Positions 1-10,112 of a DNA stretch of 64,000 nucleotides are shown here, piece by piece. How positions within the stretch are numbered: the stretch's first letter is position 1; every line of letters begins with the position of its first letter. The notes beneath the pieces were generated by a model. That model was not told the origin of the DNA, did no database searches, and worked only from the letters and a program-made list of their open reading frames with translations. The position numbers and the translations under genes are program-made. The stretch is from an uncultured Planctomycetota bacterium. GTDB lineage: Bacteria > Planctomycetota > JACOTG01 > JAUIME01. Location: positions 576 to 64,575 of the forward strand of contig CAZQZX010000008.1 in NCBI GenBank assembly GCA_964597885.1. The letters are read 5' to 3'.

Positions 1-1539
1 CCACGCGCGGCCCATCTCGCTGCCTCCGCGGATATGCGCGATCGCGAACACGAAGCCCCGGTCGAGGAGGCTCAGGCGCGACGACCCGAATTCCGGATCG
101 ATGCAGATGCCGTAGGAACCGTATCCGTAGAGGAGCGTCGGCGCGCTGCCGTCGGTGGCGACGTCCCGTCGGTGCACGAGCGAGATCGGAACGAGCGTCC
201 CGTCGTGCGATACCGCGTCGATGCGGCGCGATTCGTACCGGGCGGGGTCGTACCCGCCGAGCACGGGCTGCTGCTTGCGGAGCTCGCGCTCCCGCGTGTT
301 CATGTCGTAGTCGTAGACCGAGCTCGGCGTCACCAGCGACGTGTATCGGAAGCGCAGAGTGGACGTATCGAACTCGGGATTCATCGAGACGTGGATCGTC
401 CCGATCGGTTCGGGGATGTCGATCTCGTGCGTCTCGTTGGTCTTCGTGTCGATCACGCGCAGGCCGGTGAAGCCGTTCGTTCGGTGCGAGAGCACGATGT
501 GGTCACGGAAGGCGTCGACGTGCGTGAGGTAGACGTCCTCACGATGCGGGACGAGCTCGCGCCATTCCTTCAGTCCGCCGCCGCGGCTCGGCGCGTCGAG
601 CGGAGCTTCGAGCAGGCGGAAGTTCTTCGCGCTGTCGTTCGTGAGCACCAGGAAGCGGTCGCCGTGATGATCGACCACGGTCTCGACGTCCGGCTGACGT
701 GCGACGAGACAGCGGAAGGAACCGTCCGGATCGTCGGCGTCGAGCACGCGGATCTCGGACGACGCGGTCGCGACCAGTTCGAGAAGCAGGAAGCGCTCGC
801 TGCGCGTCTTCGTGAGCCCGAGGAAGAAGCTCTCGTCTTTCTCGTGGAACACGAGCTCGTCTTTGGCGCCCGGTTCGGATCCGACGCTATGCCGGTACAG
901 CTTGTCGGGGCGCATCGCCTCGTCGAGGGTCCCGTAGAAGATCGTGCGATTGTCATTGGCCCACTCGATTGTGGGAGCGGTCTCTCGAATCTCGTCCGGG
1001 AGGTGCTCGCCGTTCGTGAGATCCTTCACACGCAGCGTGAACTTCTCGCCGCCCTCGGTGTCGATCGAGTACGCGAGTAGGCGGTGGTCCGGGCTCACGG
1101 CGAATCCACCGACCTCGAAGAACGAGTGCCCTTCGGCGGCCTCATTCTCGTCTAGGAGGATCTCTTCCGGCGAGTCGTCTTCGTCCGCCCGGCGACGGCA
1201 ATGGATCGCGTAGCTCTTGCCCTCCTCGGTGCGGGAGTAATAGAGCCAGGGTCCCTTGCGAGCGGGAACCGACAGATCCGTCTCTTGGATCCGCGCCTTG
1301 ATCTCTTCGTAGAGGCGCTCACGCAGAGGCTCGGTTCGATTCGTCTGAGCCTTGGTGTACGCGTTCTCGGCTTCGAGGTAGGCGAGGGTCTCGGGATCCT
1401 CGCGCTCGCGCAGCCAGAACCAGGGGTCGTCGAGCGTCACGCCGTGGACCACGGACGCGTGCTCACGCTTCGGTGCGATCGGGGGGGGCGGATCCGGTGC
1501 GGCCGCAGCCGGATCGCCGGCATGTTCGGGGCTAGTCAT
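1..1539 (-). CDS. ptrB: Oligopeptidase B (S9A prolyl oligopeptidase family), 3'-truncated by window edge
   Basis: Manual translation (absent from ORF track because it has no stop in the window): MTSPEH...HGVTLDDPWFWLREREDPETLAYLEAENAYT, and at the edge AHIRGGSEMGRAW, both typical of PtrB. ATG at 1539. Confidence 0.92.
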   Translation of the reverse strand, partial: MTSPEHAGDPAAAAPDPPPPIAPKREHASVVHGVTLDDPWFWLREREDPETLAYLEAENAYTKAQTNRTEPLRERLYEEIKARIQETDLSVPARKGPWLYYSRTEEGKSYAIHCRRRADEDDSPEEILLDENEAAEGHSFFEVGGFAVSPDHRLLAYSIDTEGGEKFTLRVKDLTNGEHLPDEIRETAPTIEWANDNRTIFYGTLDEAMRPDKLYRHSVGSEPGAKDELVFHEKDESFFLGLTKTRSERFLLLELVATASSEIRVLDADDPDGSFRCLVARQPDVETVVDHHGDRFLVLTNDSAKNFRLLEAPLDAPSRGGGLKEWRELVPHREDVYLTHVDAFRDHIVLSHRTNGFTGLRVIDTKTNETHEIDIPEPIGTIHVSMNPEFDTSTLRFRYTSLVTPSSVYDYDMNTRERELRKQQPVLGGYDPARYESRRIDAVSHDGTLVPISLVHRRDVATDGSAPTLLYGYGSYGICIDPEFGSSRLSLLDRGFVFAIAHIRGGSEMGRAW

Positions 1540-1584
1540 CGCGGCAGCATAGGATTCCTGGCGAGGCCCGGCCAGACCCGGGGG

Positions 1585-1613
1585 TTGTGCGCATCAAGGG
1601 CCTTGGTTATGAT
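1585..1613 (+). promoter_or_regulatory. Putative sigma70 promoter TTGTGC-N17-TATGAT
   Basis: Hexamers at 1585-1590 and 1608-1613 with 17-nt spacer, upstream of ATG 1656. Confidence 0.5.
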
Positions 1614-1655
1614 GTAAGTCTGTTGGGGGTTAGGACTTCTAGGAGAATAAAGAGA

Positions 1656-2309
1656 ATGGGAACTCATCGGATGGCAGCGGCACTCTGGGCTTTCGGGCTC
1701 GGTGCGGTCCTGATTTACGGGGCGGTCACGCTGGCCGCGGAGACCACGACGATCGCTCCCGGCGAGATCGTCGACTTCGAGGCGAAGAATCCTCGGCGCG
1801 TGGCCGTGCGGCTGGCGAATCTCGGGGATAGCAGCCTCGGGATCGTGACGCGCGACTCGCTGCGCCAGGTCAGCATCAACGCGGTGCTCGAACCGGGCGA
1901 GGTTCGCGACTTCCTGACGCCGTCGGCCGAGATCGCCACGGCGACCGTCAATGCCCGCCTCGAGGGGAACGTCGGCGGCGTGCTCGAGGTGCTTCCGCTC
2001 GAGACCGATGTCGAGATCCGCGTTCCGCGAGTCGGCGACGGCTTTCCGTGCGACGAGACCGTCCGGCCGATCTACCAGTCGGACGACGGCGCCAGCGCGC
2101 CCGAGGTCAGCTACCTCATCCGCAACGAGCGCGGAGCCGATTGCCAGATCCAGGTGACGATCCTGCGACCGGGCAGCGTGATCCCCGAGCTCACCACCAT
2201 CACGGGCGGCGACTCGCAGGAGTTTACCGGCGTGTTCCGCGAGATCAGCGTGAGCGGCCGCGGGAACGACAACGATCGCGTGGTCTACTTCTACACGAAG
2301 CTGAAGTAG
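1656..2309 (+). CDS. Hypothetical exported/membrane-anchored beta-rich protein
   Basis: In-frame ATG 1656 (alternative 1671) within ORF 1587..2309; N-terminal hydrophobic segment AAALWAFGLGAVLIYGAVTLAA; no family recognised. Confidence 0.7.
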   Translation: MGTHRMAAALWAFGLGAVLIYGAVTLAAETTTIAPGEIVDFEAKNPRRVAVRLANLGDSSLGIVTRDSLRQVSINAVLEPGEVRDFLTPSAEIATATVNARLEGNVGGVLEVLPLETDVEIRVPRVGDGFPCDETVRPIYQSDDGASAPEVSYLIRNERGADCQIQVTILRPGSVIPELTTITGGDSQEFTGVFREISVSGRGNDNDRVVYFYTKLK

Positions 2310-2357
2310 GCCGACGCCGCGGACCTGGATCCACCGAGACGCGAACGGCGGCGGGGC

Positions 2358-4307
2358 TCAGTCCTCGTCGCCGCCGCGCACGAAGAAGAACTCGCCGTCT
2401 CCTTCGGCCGTGTATCTCGGGCTCTGTTCGTACCCGAGGAGCTCGGCGGCGGAGGCCACCTGCAGCCTGAGGCGTGTCGCGAGATTCGAGACCATCGCGT
2501 GGCTGCCGATGCTGCGGAGCTCTTCGAGGAAGTGCTCCGTGAACAGCGAGTTCTTGCCGTGGCCGTCGAGGACGCGCTCGTCCGAGCTCCCGGCGGTGAG
2601 GAAGCACGTCACGGACTTCTTGGCGTACTGCTGCGGCAGGCTGGCCGTGGCCCCGCCCGAACGCGTCTGTCCGAGGAGCCCCGAGAAGCACGTATCGACG
2701 ACGACGAGCTTGTGACGCGCGTCGTTCATCGGGAGCCAGTCCTGCTGAAGGGCCCGCATGGCGAGGTTGCGCCGTGTCGAAGCTCCGGCCTCGAGCGTCC
2801 CGTCGTAGGGGATCAAGTAGCCGTGCGCGCGCTCTCGGGCGTCGGCGTGATCTTCGCCGTGACCGGCCCAGAACAACAGGAAGCTGTCGTCGGCGTCGGC
2901 GGCGCGCTGGATCGTTTCGAGCGTCCGTTCGATTCCGTCGAGTGTGGCCTGCTCGTTGATGAGGACGTGGGTCTCGGAAGGATCGTATCCGAGCTCGTCC
3001 ACGAGCACGGAGGCGATCGCTTGCGCGTCGTTCACGGCATTGTCGAGAGGCGCGATCGAGCGATCCGCGTAGCGATCGATCCCGACGATGAGCGCGTGGC
3101 GGCTCCCGTAGAGCGTCCGGGGCGAGAACACGTCTTCCAGTACGACGCCGCCATCGTCCTTGTCGCCTGCAGGCGGAAGCATGCCGCGCGTCTCGGACTC
3201 GTGGGGGATGCCGTCCGGACCTCCGCCGAGCGATTGGAAGAGCCAGACCCCGAGCAGAAGCGCGGCCGCGACGCCGGCCGGTCCGAGGAAGCGCCCGGGA
3301 TTCGGGAGGCCTCCGGTGGGATCGGCAGGGCGCAACGCGAGGGTGCGCCGCAGCACGGCGAGGATCCCGGCCGCGTCGAGGATCGTGCCGCCGTGGGGGG
3401 ATGCGACGAGCGTCCCGCGATGCCGCGCGCCGTCGTACCAGTGCGACGGGAGGTTCTGCGGCGAGTCGATGCCGCGGGCGCGGGCCTCGGCCTCGTCGAA
3501 GCGCGCGGCCAGGTCGGACAGGCGAAGACGCAGGGCCGGATCCGTCGACAGCACCCAGTCCGACGCGCGTAGCCGAACCGCGAGCATCCCGAATCCCTTG
3601 CCTTGCGGCGACTCGGGATCGGAGCGTGCCCAGTCGGCGAATCGATTGCTCGCGGGCTCCTCGAGCCAGAGCAGATCGCAATCGCGAACGGACGTTCCGC
3701 TCGGGACTCGCGCGGCGAATCGCCGACCCCGGTCCCGGTCTTCGAGGTAGACGTCGCGGTCGCGGCGGAGCATCGCGATCTCTTCCCGGAACGCCGACGT
3801 GCCCTCGAAGATCCCGGCGCCGAAGAGGTCGACCCCCTCGGCGATGCGTCCGGCGAGGTACTCGAACAACGCGAAGGACCGATCTCGGAACGACGCAGCC
3901 TGTGCGGCGTCGGCGAGATCCGGGGACTGGCGCTTGATCTCCTCGAAGATCGCCCGGGGGCTCTCGTCGACCGGCGCGGTTCCGGGGTCGAGCCCTTGGC
4001 GGCAGGCCCCCGCGTACTCGGCGAGCGCGGTCGCGGCTTCAGGCCGGGGCGACGATTCGGACGGCGCGCGGGTCAGGAGCCAGAGCGCGAGCAGGTCGTC
4101 GAAGACCGGAATCGACGGCGCGAAGATCGTGAGGATCGAAGAGTCGGTCCCGCCCGAAGCGAGGGCGGCCGATCCGTTCTCGAGCACGGCCTGTGAGAGT
4201 CGATCCGCGTCGGAAGCATCCGCCGCTTCGAGTACGGCTTCACCGGAGGCGGGCGGAGAAGGCCAGTCCTCTCGCGGACGAAAGCGGATCTCGAGCTCGG
4301 TCGTCAT
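2358..4307 (-). CDS. Membrane-anchored caspase-family (peptidase C14, metacaspase-like) protein with uncharacterised N-terminal domain
   Basis: C-terminal HALIVGIDRY...LDNAVNDAQAIA, FLLFWAGHG (catalytic His), VVVDTCFSG (catalytic Cys); one TM helix GPAGVAAALLLGVWLFQSL before it; SD GAAGGGAG before ATG 4307. Confidence 0.88.
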   Translation of the reverse strand: MTTELEIRFRPREDWPSPPASGEAVLEAADASDADRLSQAVLENGSAALASGGTDSSILTIFAPSIPVFDDLLALWLLTRAPSESSPRPEAATALAEYAGACRQGLDPGTAPVDESPRAIFEEIKRQSPDLADAAQAASFRDRSFALFEYLAGRIAEGVDLFGAGIFEGTSAFREEIAMLRRDRDVYLEDRDRGRRFAARVPSGTSVRDCDLLWLEEPASNRFADWARSDPESPQGKGFGMLAVRLRASDWVLSTDPALRLRLSDLAARFDEAEARARGIDSPQNLPSHWYDGARHRGTLVASPHGGTILDAAGILAVLRRTLALRPADPTGGLPNPGRFLGPAGVAAALLLGVWLFQSLGGGPDGIPHESETRGMLPPAGDKDDGGVVLEDVFSPRTLYGSRHALIVGIDRYADRSIAPLDNAVNDAQAIASVLVDELGYDPSETHVLINEQATLDGIERTLETIQRAADADDSFLLFWAGHGEDHADARERAHGYLIPYDGTLEAGASTRRNLAMRALQQDWLPMNDARHKLVVVDTCFSGLLGQTRSGGATASLPQQYAKKSVTCFLTAGSSDERVLDGHGKNSLFTEHFLEELRSIGSHAMVSNLATRLRLQVASAAELLGYEQSPRYTAEGDGEFFFVRGGDED

Positions 4308-4458
4308 CGATTCTCCCTTCGCAGAGGCAGGGCCCCGCGGGGACATTGTGCACGATGCCCCCTTCCCCCGAAAGAGGGCAGGGGCGCGATCCCTTTACGG
4401 GCTACACCCCCTCTTCCGTGCTCGCGCGATCACTTGAGAGGGTTTCTCGAGTCTTTTT

Positions 4459-4486
4459 TTGACCCTGGCCAGGGTCGGGATATACT
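4459..4486 (+). promoter_or_regulatory. Putative sigma70 promoter TTGACC-N16-TATACT overlapped by a perfect 16-bp palindrome (candidate operator)
   Basis: TTGACC 4459-4464, TATACT 4481-4486; GACCCTGGCCAGGGTC (4461-4476) equals its own reverse complement. Confidence 0.6.
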
Positions 4487-4545
4487 TCCGCGGCCCAAAG
4501 GGGATCTTGCGTCCACCGTATCGCAAGACATGAAGGAAGGTACGC

Positions 4546-5334
4546 ATGAAGGGGGACACCCGTCTGCCCATCGACAGGCCGTCTGCGCCTGTTCCCGCCT
4601 CCTCTCCCGCAGTTCATGAATCGAATTCCAGGCGCTCCCCGTCTCGGCGTGGTCGAGACGAAGCGGGCTACCTGCTCCTCGGGATGATCCTGCTGATGGC
4701 CTCGACGTCGTTGGCGCTCGGGGCCGCGTTCACGATCTACGGCGAAACGCTCGAGGAAGAGTTCGAAGAGGAGATGGACGTGGAGTTCGACGCGCTCGAA
4801 GAAGCGCTCGACAGCTACTACCGTGACACGGGAGCCGTTCCCGCGGCTCTCGCCGATCTTCTCACGAAGCCGGTCGGCGTCACGGGCTGGATGGGTCCCT
4901 ACCTCCAGGAAACGTTCCCGGACCTCGCGGCTGCGAACCTCGATCCTCTGCACGACGCCTGGGGGAATGCGTACATCGTCGCGGGATTCGCGGACGGAGA
5001 GTTCACGATTCGCTCGGCCGGTCCCGACGGCGCCGACGACAACGGCTCCGACGACGACATCGACCGCGTCGTGACGCTGAACCCGGCCTCGTGGTACGAG
5101 ACGAGCTGGGAGCTACGCATCCTCGAAGCGGCGATCGTCGCGTACAACTACTACCCCACCGATCCCGAGTACCTGAGCGGGAACTGGGAGACCGCGGCGG
5201 CGACGCTTCAGACCGCAGGGTATCTCCCGAGCGGCACGACGATGCTCAAGCGATTCCTGACCGATGGTTGGGGACAGTACTACGAACCGGACGGCAGTCC
5301 GATCACCTCTCTCGAATCCGCAGGACCTCCCTAG
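4546..5334 (+). CDS. GspG-like pseudopilin 1 (atypical N-terminus lacking Glu5)
   Basis: Basic leader then G|YLLLGMILLMASTSLALGAAF; GWMGPYL and DAWGNAY...SAGPDG...DDDI motifs of GspG-type globular domains; start uncertain. Confidence 0.8.
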   Translation: MKGDTRLPIDRPSAPVPASSPAVHESNSRRSPSRRGRDEAGYLLLGMILLMASTSLALGAAFTIYGETLEEEFEEEMDVEFDALEEALDSYYRDTGAVPAALADLLTKPVGVTGWMGPYLQETFPDLAAANLDPLHDAWGNAYIVAGFADGEFTIRSAGPDGADDNGSDDDIDRVVTLNPASWYETSWELRILEAAIVAYNYYPTDPEYLSGNWETAAATLQTAGYLPSGTTMLKRFLTDGWGQYYEPDGSPITSLESAGPP

Positions 5335-5350
5335 AAACACGGAACGAAGA

Positions 5351-6097
5351 ATGAGTACCGAACCCGATTGGATCCACCCGCAGACGGAAGACGTAGCCGT
5401 CGAAGCTCCGAAGGGAGACTGCGCCGGCTTCACGCTTCTCGAGATGGTGACGGTCGTCGCCATGTTCTCGCTTCTCGTGGGCATGGGAGTTCCCGTCACC
5501 GAGCTGTTCGTCCGACAGAAGATGCTCGAGGAGACGCGAGAGGAGATGGAAGCGATCCGCGACGCCGTGCTCGACTACTATCGCGACGTCGAAGCGTTTC
5601 CGGGCGGCCTCGTCGATCTCGTCTCGCCGTCGGTGACGCCTTCGGGATGGCTCGGGCCGTACCTTGCGCCGGAGTTCACCGATTCGGCGACCGACCTCGA
5701 CGACTACCGGTACGACAAGTGGCGAACCGCGTACGAGTTCACGACGGTGAGCGCGACGGTGCGACGCCTGCGGAGCTGGGGAGGCAACCTCACCAACAAC
5801 AACGGCGCCTCCGACGACATCACCCTCGACATCAACGTCGGGGTCGTCCTCGGAGAGCTGACTCGCGCCGAGGTGAAAACCATCAACAATGCGATCGCCA
5901 CCTACAACTCGGACTTCGTCCTGAGCACGCCGCTCTCGACGACGTTCTCGACCATGCTCGGAGAGCTCCAAGCCGCGGGCTACTTGCCCTCGGACGCCGC
6001 ATCCACCACGAAGTACTCGACGGACGGATGGGGACAGGCTTACGTGACCAACGGGAGCAATCCCGTGATCGAGGTGTACTCTCCCGGCGCGCCCTGA
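5351..6097 (+). CDS. GspG-like pseudopilin 2
   Basis: Prepilin cleavage motif AG|FTLLEMVTVVAMFSLLVGMGVP; GWLGPYL, DKWRTAY...SWGGN...DDI; ATG 5351 in frame with ORF 5264..6097. Confidence 0.87.
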   Translation: MSTEPDWIHPQTEDVAVEAPKGDCAGFTLLEMVTVVAMFSLLVGMGVPVTELFVRQKMLEETREEMEAIRDAVLDYYRDVEAFPGGLVDLVSPSVTPSGWLGPYLAPEFTDSATDLDDYRYDKWRTAYEFTTVSATVRRLRSWGGNLTNNNGASDDITLDINVGVVLGELTRAEVKTINNAIATYNSDFVLSTPLSTTFSTMLGELQAAGYLPSDAASTTKYSTDGWGQAYVTNGSNPVIEVYSPGAP

Positions 6098-6164
6098 GCG
6101 GCTCGCCGAGACACAAGGGGACCATGCCGTGTCACCGACCGGCGAAGGAAGGGACAGGAAGAAG

Positions 6165-7688
<1,524 letters not shown>

Positions 7689-7762
7689 AAGAACATCTGA
7701 TTCGGCCCTGACGCTTGCTTCACGTCAGGAGCCGCGGGGATAAAACGAAGGGGAAGCATGTT

Positions 7763-7806
7763 GAACAGGGACGCGGCCCGATCGGGCTTCGTTCCTGTTC
7801 TTTTTT
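7763..7806 (+). terminator. Probable intrinsic terminator after the pseudopilin operon
   Basis: GAACAGGGACG...GCCCGATCGGGC...CGTTCCTGTTC stem-loop followed by a T-run (7801-7806). Confidence 0.7.
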
Positions 7807-7837
7807 GGGGGGGCTCGCGCCAGGGTAGCGCAGCGGC

Positions 7838-8008
7838 CTAGGCCTTCTTGAGGGCCTCGAGCTCTTCCTGGGCCTTCGCGAGCTCGGCTTCGAGCCGGGC
7901 GACTTCGCCAGCTTCGTCGGACTGCTGTCGGGCGCCGGCGATCTGCTTCTGCAGCTTCTGCACCTTGGCGCGAAGCACCTCGAGCTTCTTCTTGATCTTC
8001 TTGTTCAT
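7838..8008 (-). CDS. Small (56 aa) Lys/Glu-rich coiled-coil protein
   Basis: MNKKIKKKLEVLRAKVQKLQKQIAG...EELEALKKA; ATG overlaps the upstream gene's TGA (ATGA). Confidence 0.7.
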   Translation of the reverse strand: MNKKIKKKLEVLRAKVQKLQKQIAGARQQSDEAGEVARLEAELAKAQEELEALKKA

Positions 8009-8712
8009 CGCTTCTCTTGCTGGAGGGTCGGCGCGATGAAGCGCCTCAGGTAGAAGAGGCCGAACGCCGTGAACGCCACGAGGGCGACGGTGGACGCGAT
8101 GATGAGCCACAGGTTCTGATCGACGAGTCCCTGGCCGAGAAGGACGAAGAACAGCGTCGACGGGATCATGCCGAGCGCCGTCGCTCCGAGGTAATCCGCG
8201 AACCGGACGGAAGACACGCCGCACAGGTAGTTCGTGACGACGAAGTTGCTGAAGGGGATCAGCCGCAGGAGGGCCACGGCCGTGAACCCGTGCTTCATCG
8301 CCAGGTCGTCGAAGCTTCGAGCGCGCGGCCCGAGCCGGTTGGCGACGAAGTCACGTCCCATCACTCGCGCGAAGAGGAAGGCCGCCGCCGCCCCGAGAGA
8401 CGAGCCGACTACCGACAGGATCATCGCGAGCGGGATCCCGAAGAGCGCGGCGCCGAGTATGGTCGGATACATGCGCGGGATACCGCACAGCGCCGTCGAG
8501 ACCAGCACGAGCAGGAACAGGAACGGCGCGAACACGCCGGTATCCGCGATCCAGGCCCGCCAGATCACGGCGTTCTCCTGGTCGAAGAACTCGTGGATCG
8601 GGGTCAGAAAGAACGCGAGGACGAACGTCACCAGAAGCGCGAGCATCACGAGGAAGCGGCGCGTCGGGGCGTCGAAACGCTCCTTGGTCGAACAGGCTCG
8701 TTGAACCGCCAA
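8005..8712 (-). CDS. TVP38/TMEM64 (VTT/DedA superfamily) membrane protein
   Basis: LGAAAAFLFARVMGR...GFTAVALLRLIPFSNFVVTNYLCGVSSVRFADYLGATALGMIP; start uncertain (TTG 8712 after GGAGG, or ATG 8646). Confidence 0.88.
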   Translation of the reverse strand: MAVQRACSTKERFDAPTRRFLVMLALLVTFVLAFFLTPIHEFFDQENAVIWRAWIADTGVFAPFLFLLVLVSTALCGIPRMYPTILGAALFGIPLAMILSVVGSSLGAAAAFLFARVMGRDFVANRLGPRARSFDDLAMKHGFTAVALLRLIPFSNFVVTNYLCGVSSVRFADYLGATALGMIPSTLFFVLLGQGLVDQNLWLIIASTVALVAFTAFGLFYLRRFIAPTLQQEKR

Positions 8713-8852
8713 CAAGAACCTCCGATTGCAATGTGATTCGCGCGACCCCGGCTCGCCAATGAAATCGCCGCCCGATGGAATCGCGCCCCTCCCCACCCTC
8801 ACGTCCCATCCTGACTTCCGGTGAGGGACGACTCGCAAAGCTGCTGTCGATG

Positions 8853-9938
8853 CTATCCGAACAGCTGTGTCCAGTGCGTTCGGCTCCGGCCCAGTCCGAT
8901 GCGCCCGTGATTCCCGAGCATGTTCTTGTGGTGGCCGGGGCTGTGGAACCATCCCAGATTCGTGTTGCTCGGATCGCGATGCCCGTACGCGATGTTTTCC
9001 GAGGACGCGCTCGCACGGAATCGGCTCGCCCGGTCGGAGAAGGTTCGCTTCCCCGGGAGCGGCGACGTGTGCGAGAAGAACTCATGGTTGGCCATGTCGT
9101 TCGAGTGATCGCGCGCGGCCGCGCACAGCTTGACGTCGATCCGCAGCGCGTTCAGGCCGAGCATGAGGCGAAGGATGTTCAGGTCGAGCACGCCGAGCGC
9201 TTCGGCCGCGTCGATCTGCCACGCGAGCTTCGCGTTCTCGATCAGGACCTTCTTGGCGCCTCCGGGGATCGACATCGCGAGCGTCGTCGCCAGGCGTTCG
9301 TTGCGGGCGAGTACTTCTTCGAAGAGCGACGGCTCGTTCGACTGGCCGTCCTCGATGCGTCGCGCCGGGGCGAGGATCTCTTCGCAGCGGTCCCAGTGGG
9401 TGCCGAGGGCGATGAGCGCGTCGCGATCCGCGGTGAGCTCTTCTTCATCGGTGAGGAGCTCGTGGACGTCGACGAGGAGCAGCTCGCTCAGCCGTTCGAC
9501 CGCGGGGTCTCCCTCATCGAGGATGCGCTGCTTGCTGAGCGCGCCGTCCTGGCTCAGCACGAGCACGGCTTCACGGAGCTTCTTCAGCTCGGAGCCGAGA
9601 GCGCGCCGCTTCTTCAGGGCGGGCTTCGCGAGCTTGGTGAGGCGCGCACGATAGCCCGCGAGCGCCTTGTCGAGCTCCTTCTGGATCTCGGACTTCAGCC
9701 GTTCGACCGCTTCGGGGCCGAGCGCCACCGCCTCCTCGACGAGGTCGGTGCGGCGATCGGGCTCGGTACGCGCAGCGCGAAAGTCGGCGACGATCCGCTT
9801 GGCGTTCGCGGCCGTCTTCGCGTAGGCCGGCGCAGCCGGAGTTCCACCCGCGCGCGGAGCGATCGCGAGCGCCATCATGGCGGCCGCGAGCAGCGTCGCG
9901 AGGAGCAGTCCGGATCCACGTGAACCGACGGAAATCAT
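8853..9938 (-). CDS. Secreted CAP (SCP-like) domain protein
   Basis: Signal peptide; C-terminal CAAARDHSNDMANHEFFSHTS...SENIAYG...WFHSPGHHKNML...WTQLFG. Confidence 0.88.
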   Translation of the reverse strand: MISVGSRGSGLLLATLLAAAMMALAIAPRAGGTPAAPAYAKTAANAKRIVADFRAARTEPDRRTDLVEEAVALGPEAVERLKSEIQKELDKALAGYRARLTKLAKPALKKRRALGSELKKLREAVLVLSQDGALSKQRILDEGDPAVERLSELLLVDVHELLTDEEELTADRDALIALGTHWDRCEEILAPARRIEDGQSNEPSLFEEVLARNERLATTLAMSIPGGAKKVLIENAKLAWQIDAAEALGVLDLNILRLMLGLNALRIDVKLCAAARDHSNDMANHEFFSHTSPLPGKRTFSDRASRFRASASSENIAYGHRDPSNTNLGWFHSPGHHKNMLGNHGRIGLGRSRTHWTQLFG

Positions 9939-10112
9939 GCGGAAGAGAGTACCTAAGGGAGCCGGGCTTTCCAAGGTCGGCTTGACGGGGTACCGGGCGG
10001 GGCCTACATTCGAGCGGCCGGGTTCGAGTGACGTCTCGGATGCGGCCGGCGCGCTCGCGGAACGCGGCGTGCCGGGAGGTAGGGGAGACAAGCCGAATCC
10101 GAGGAGGTCCCG

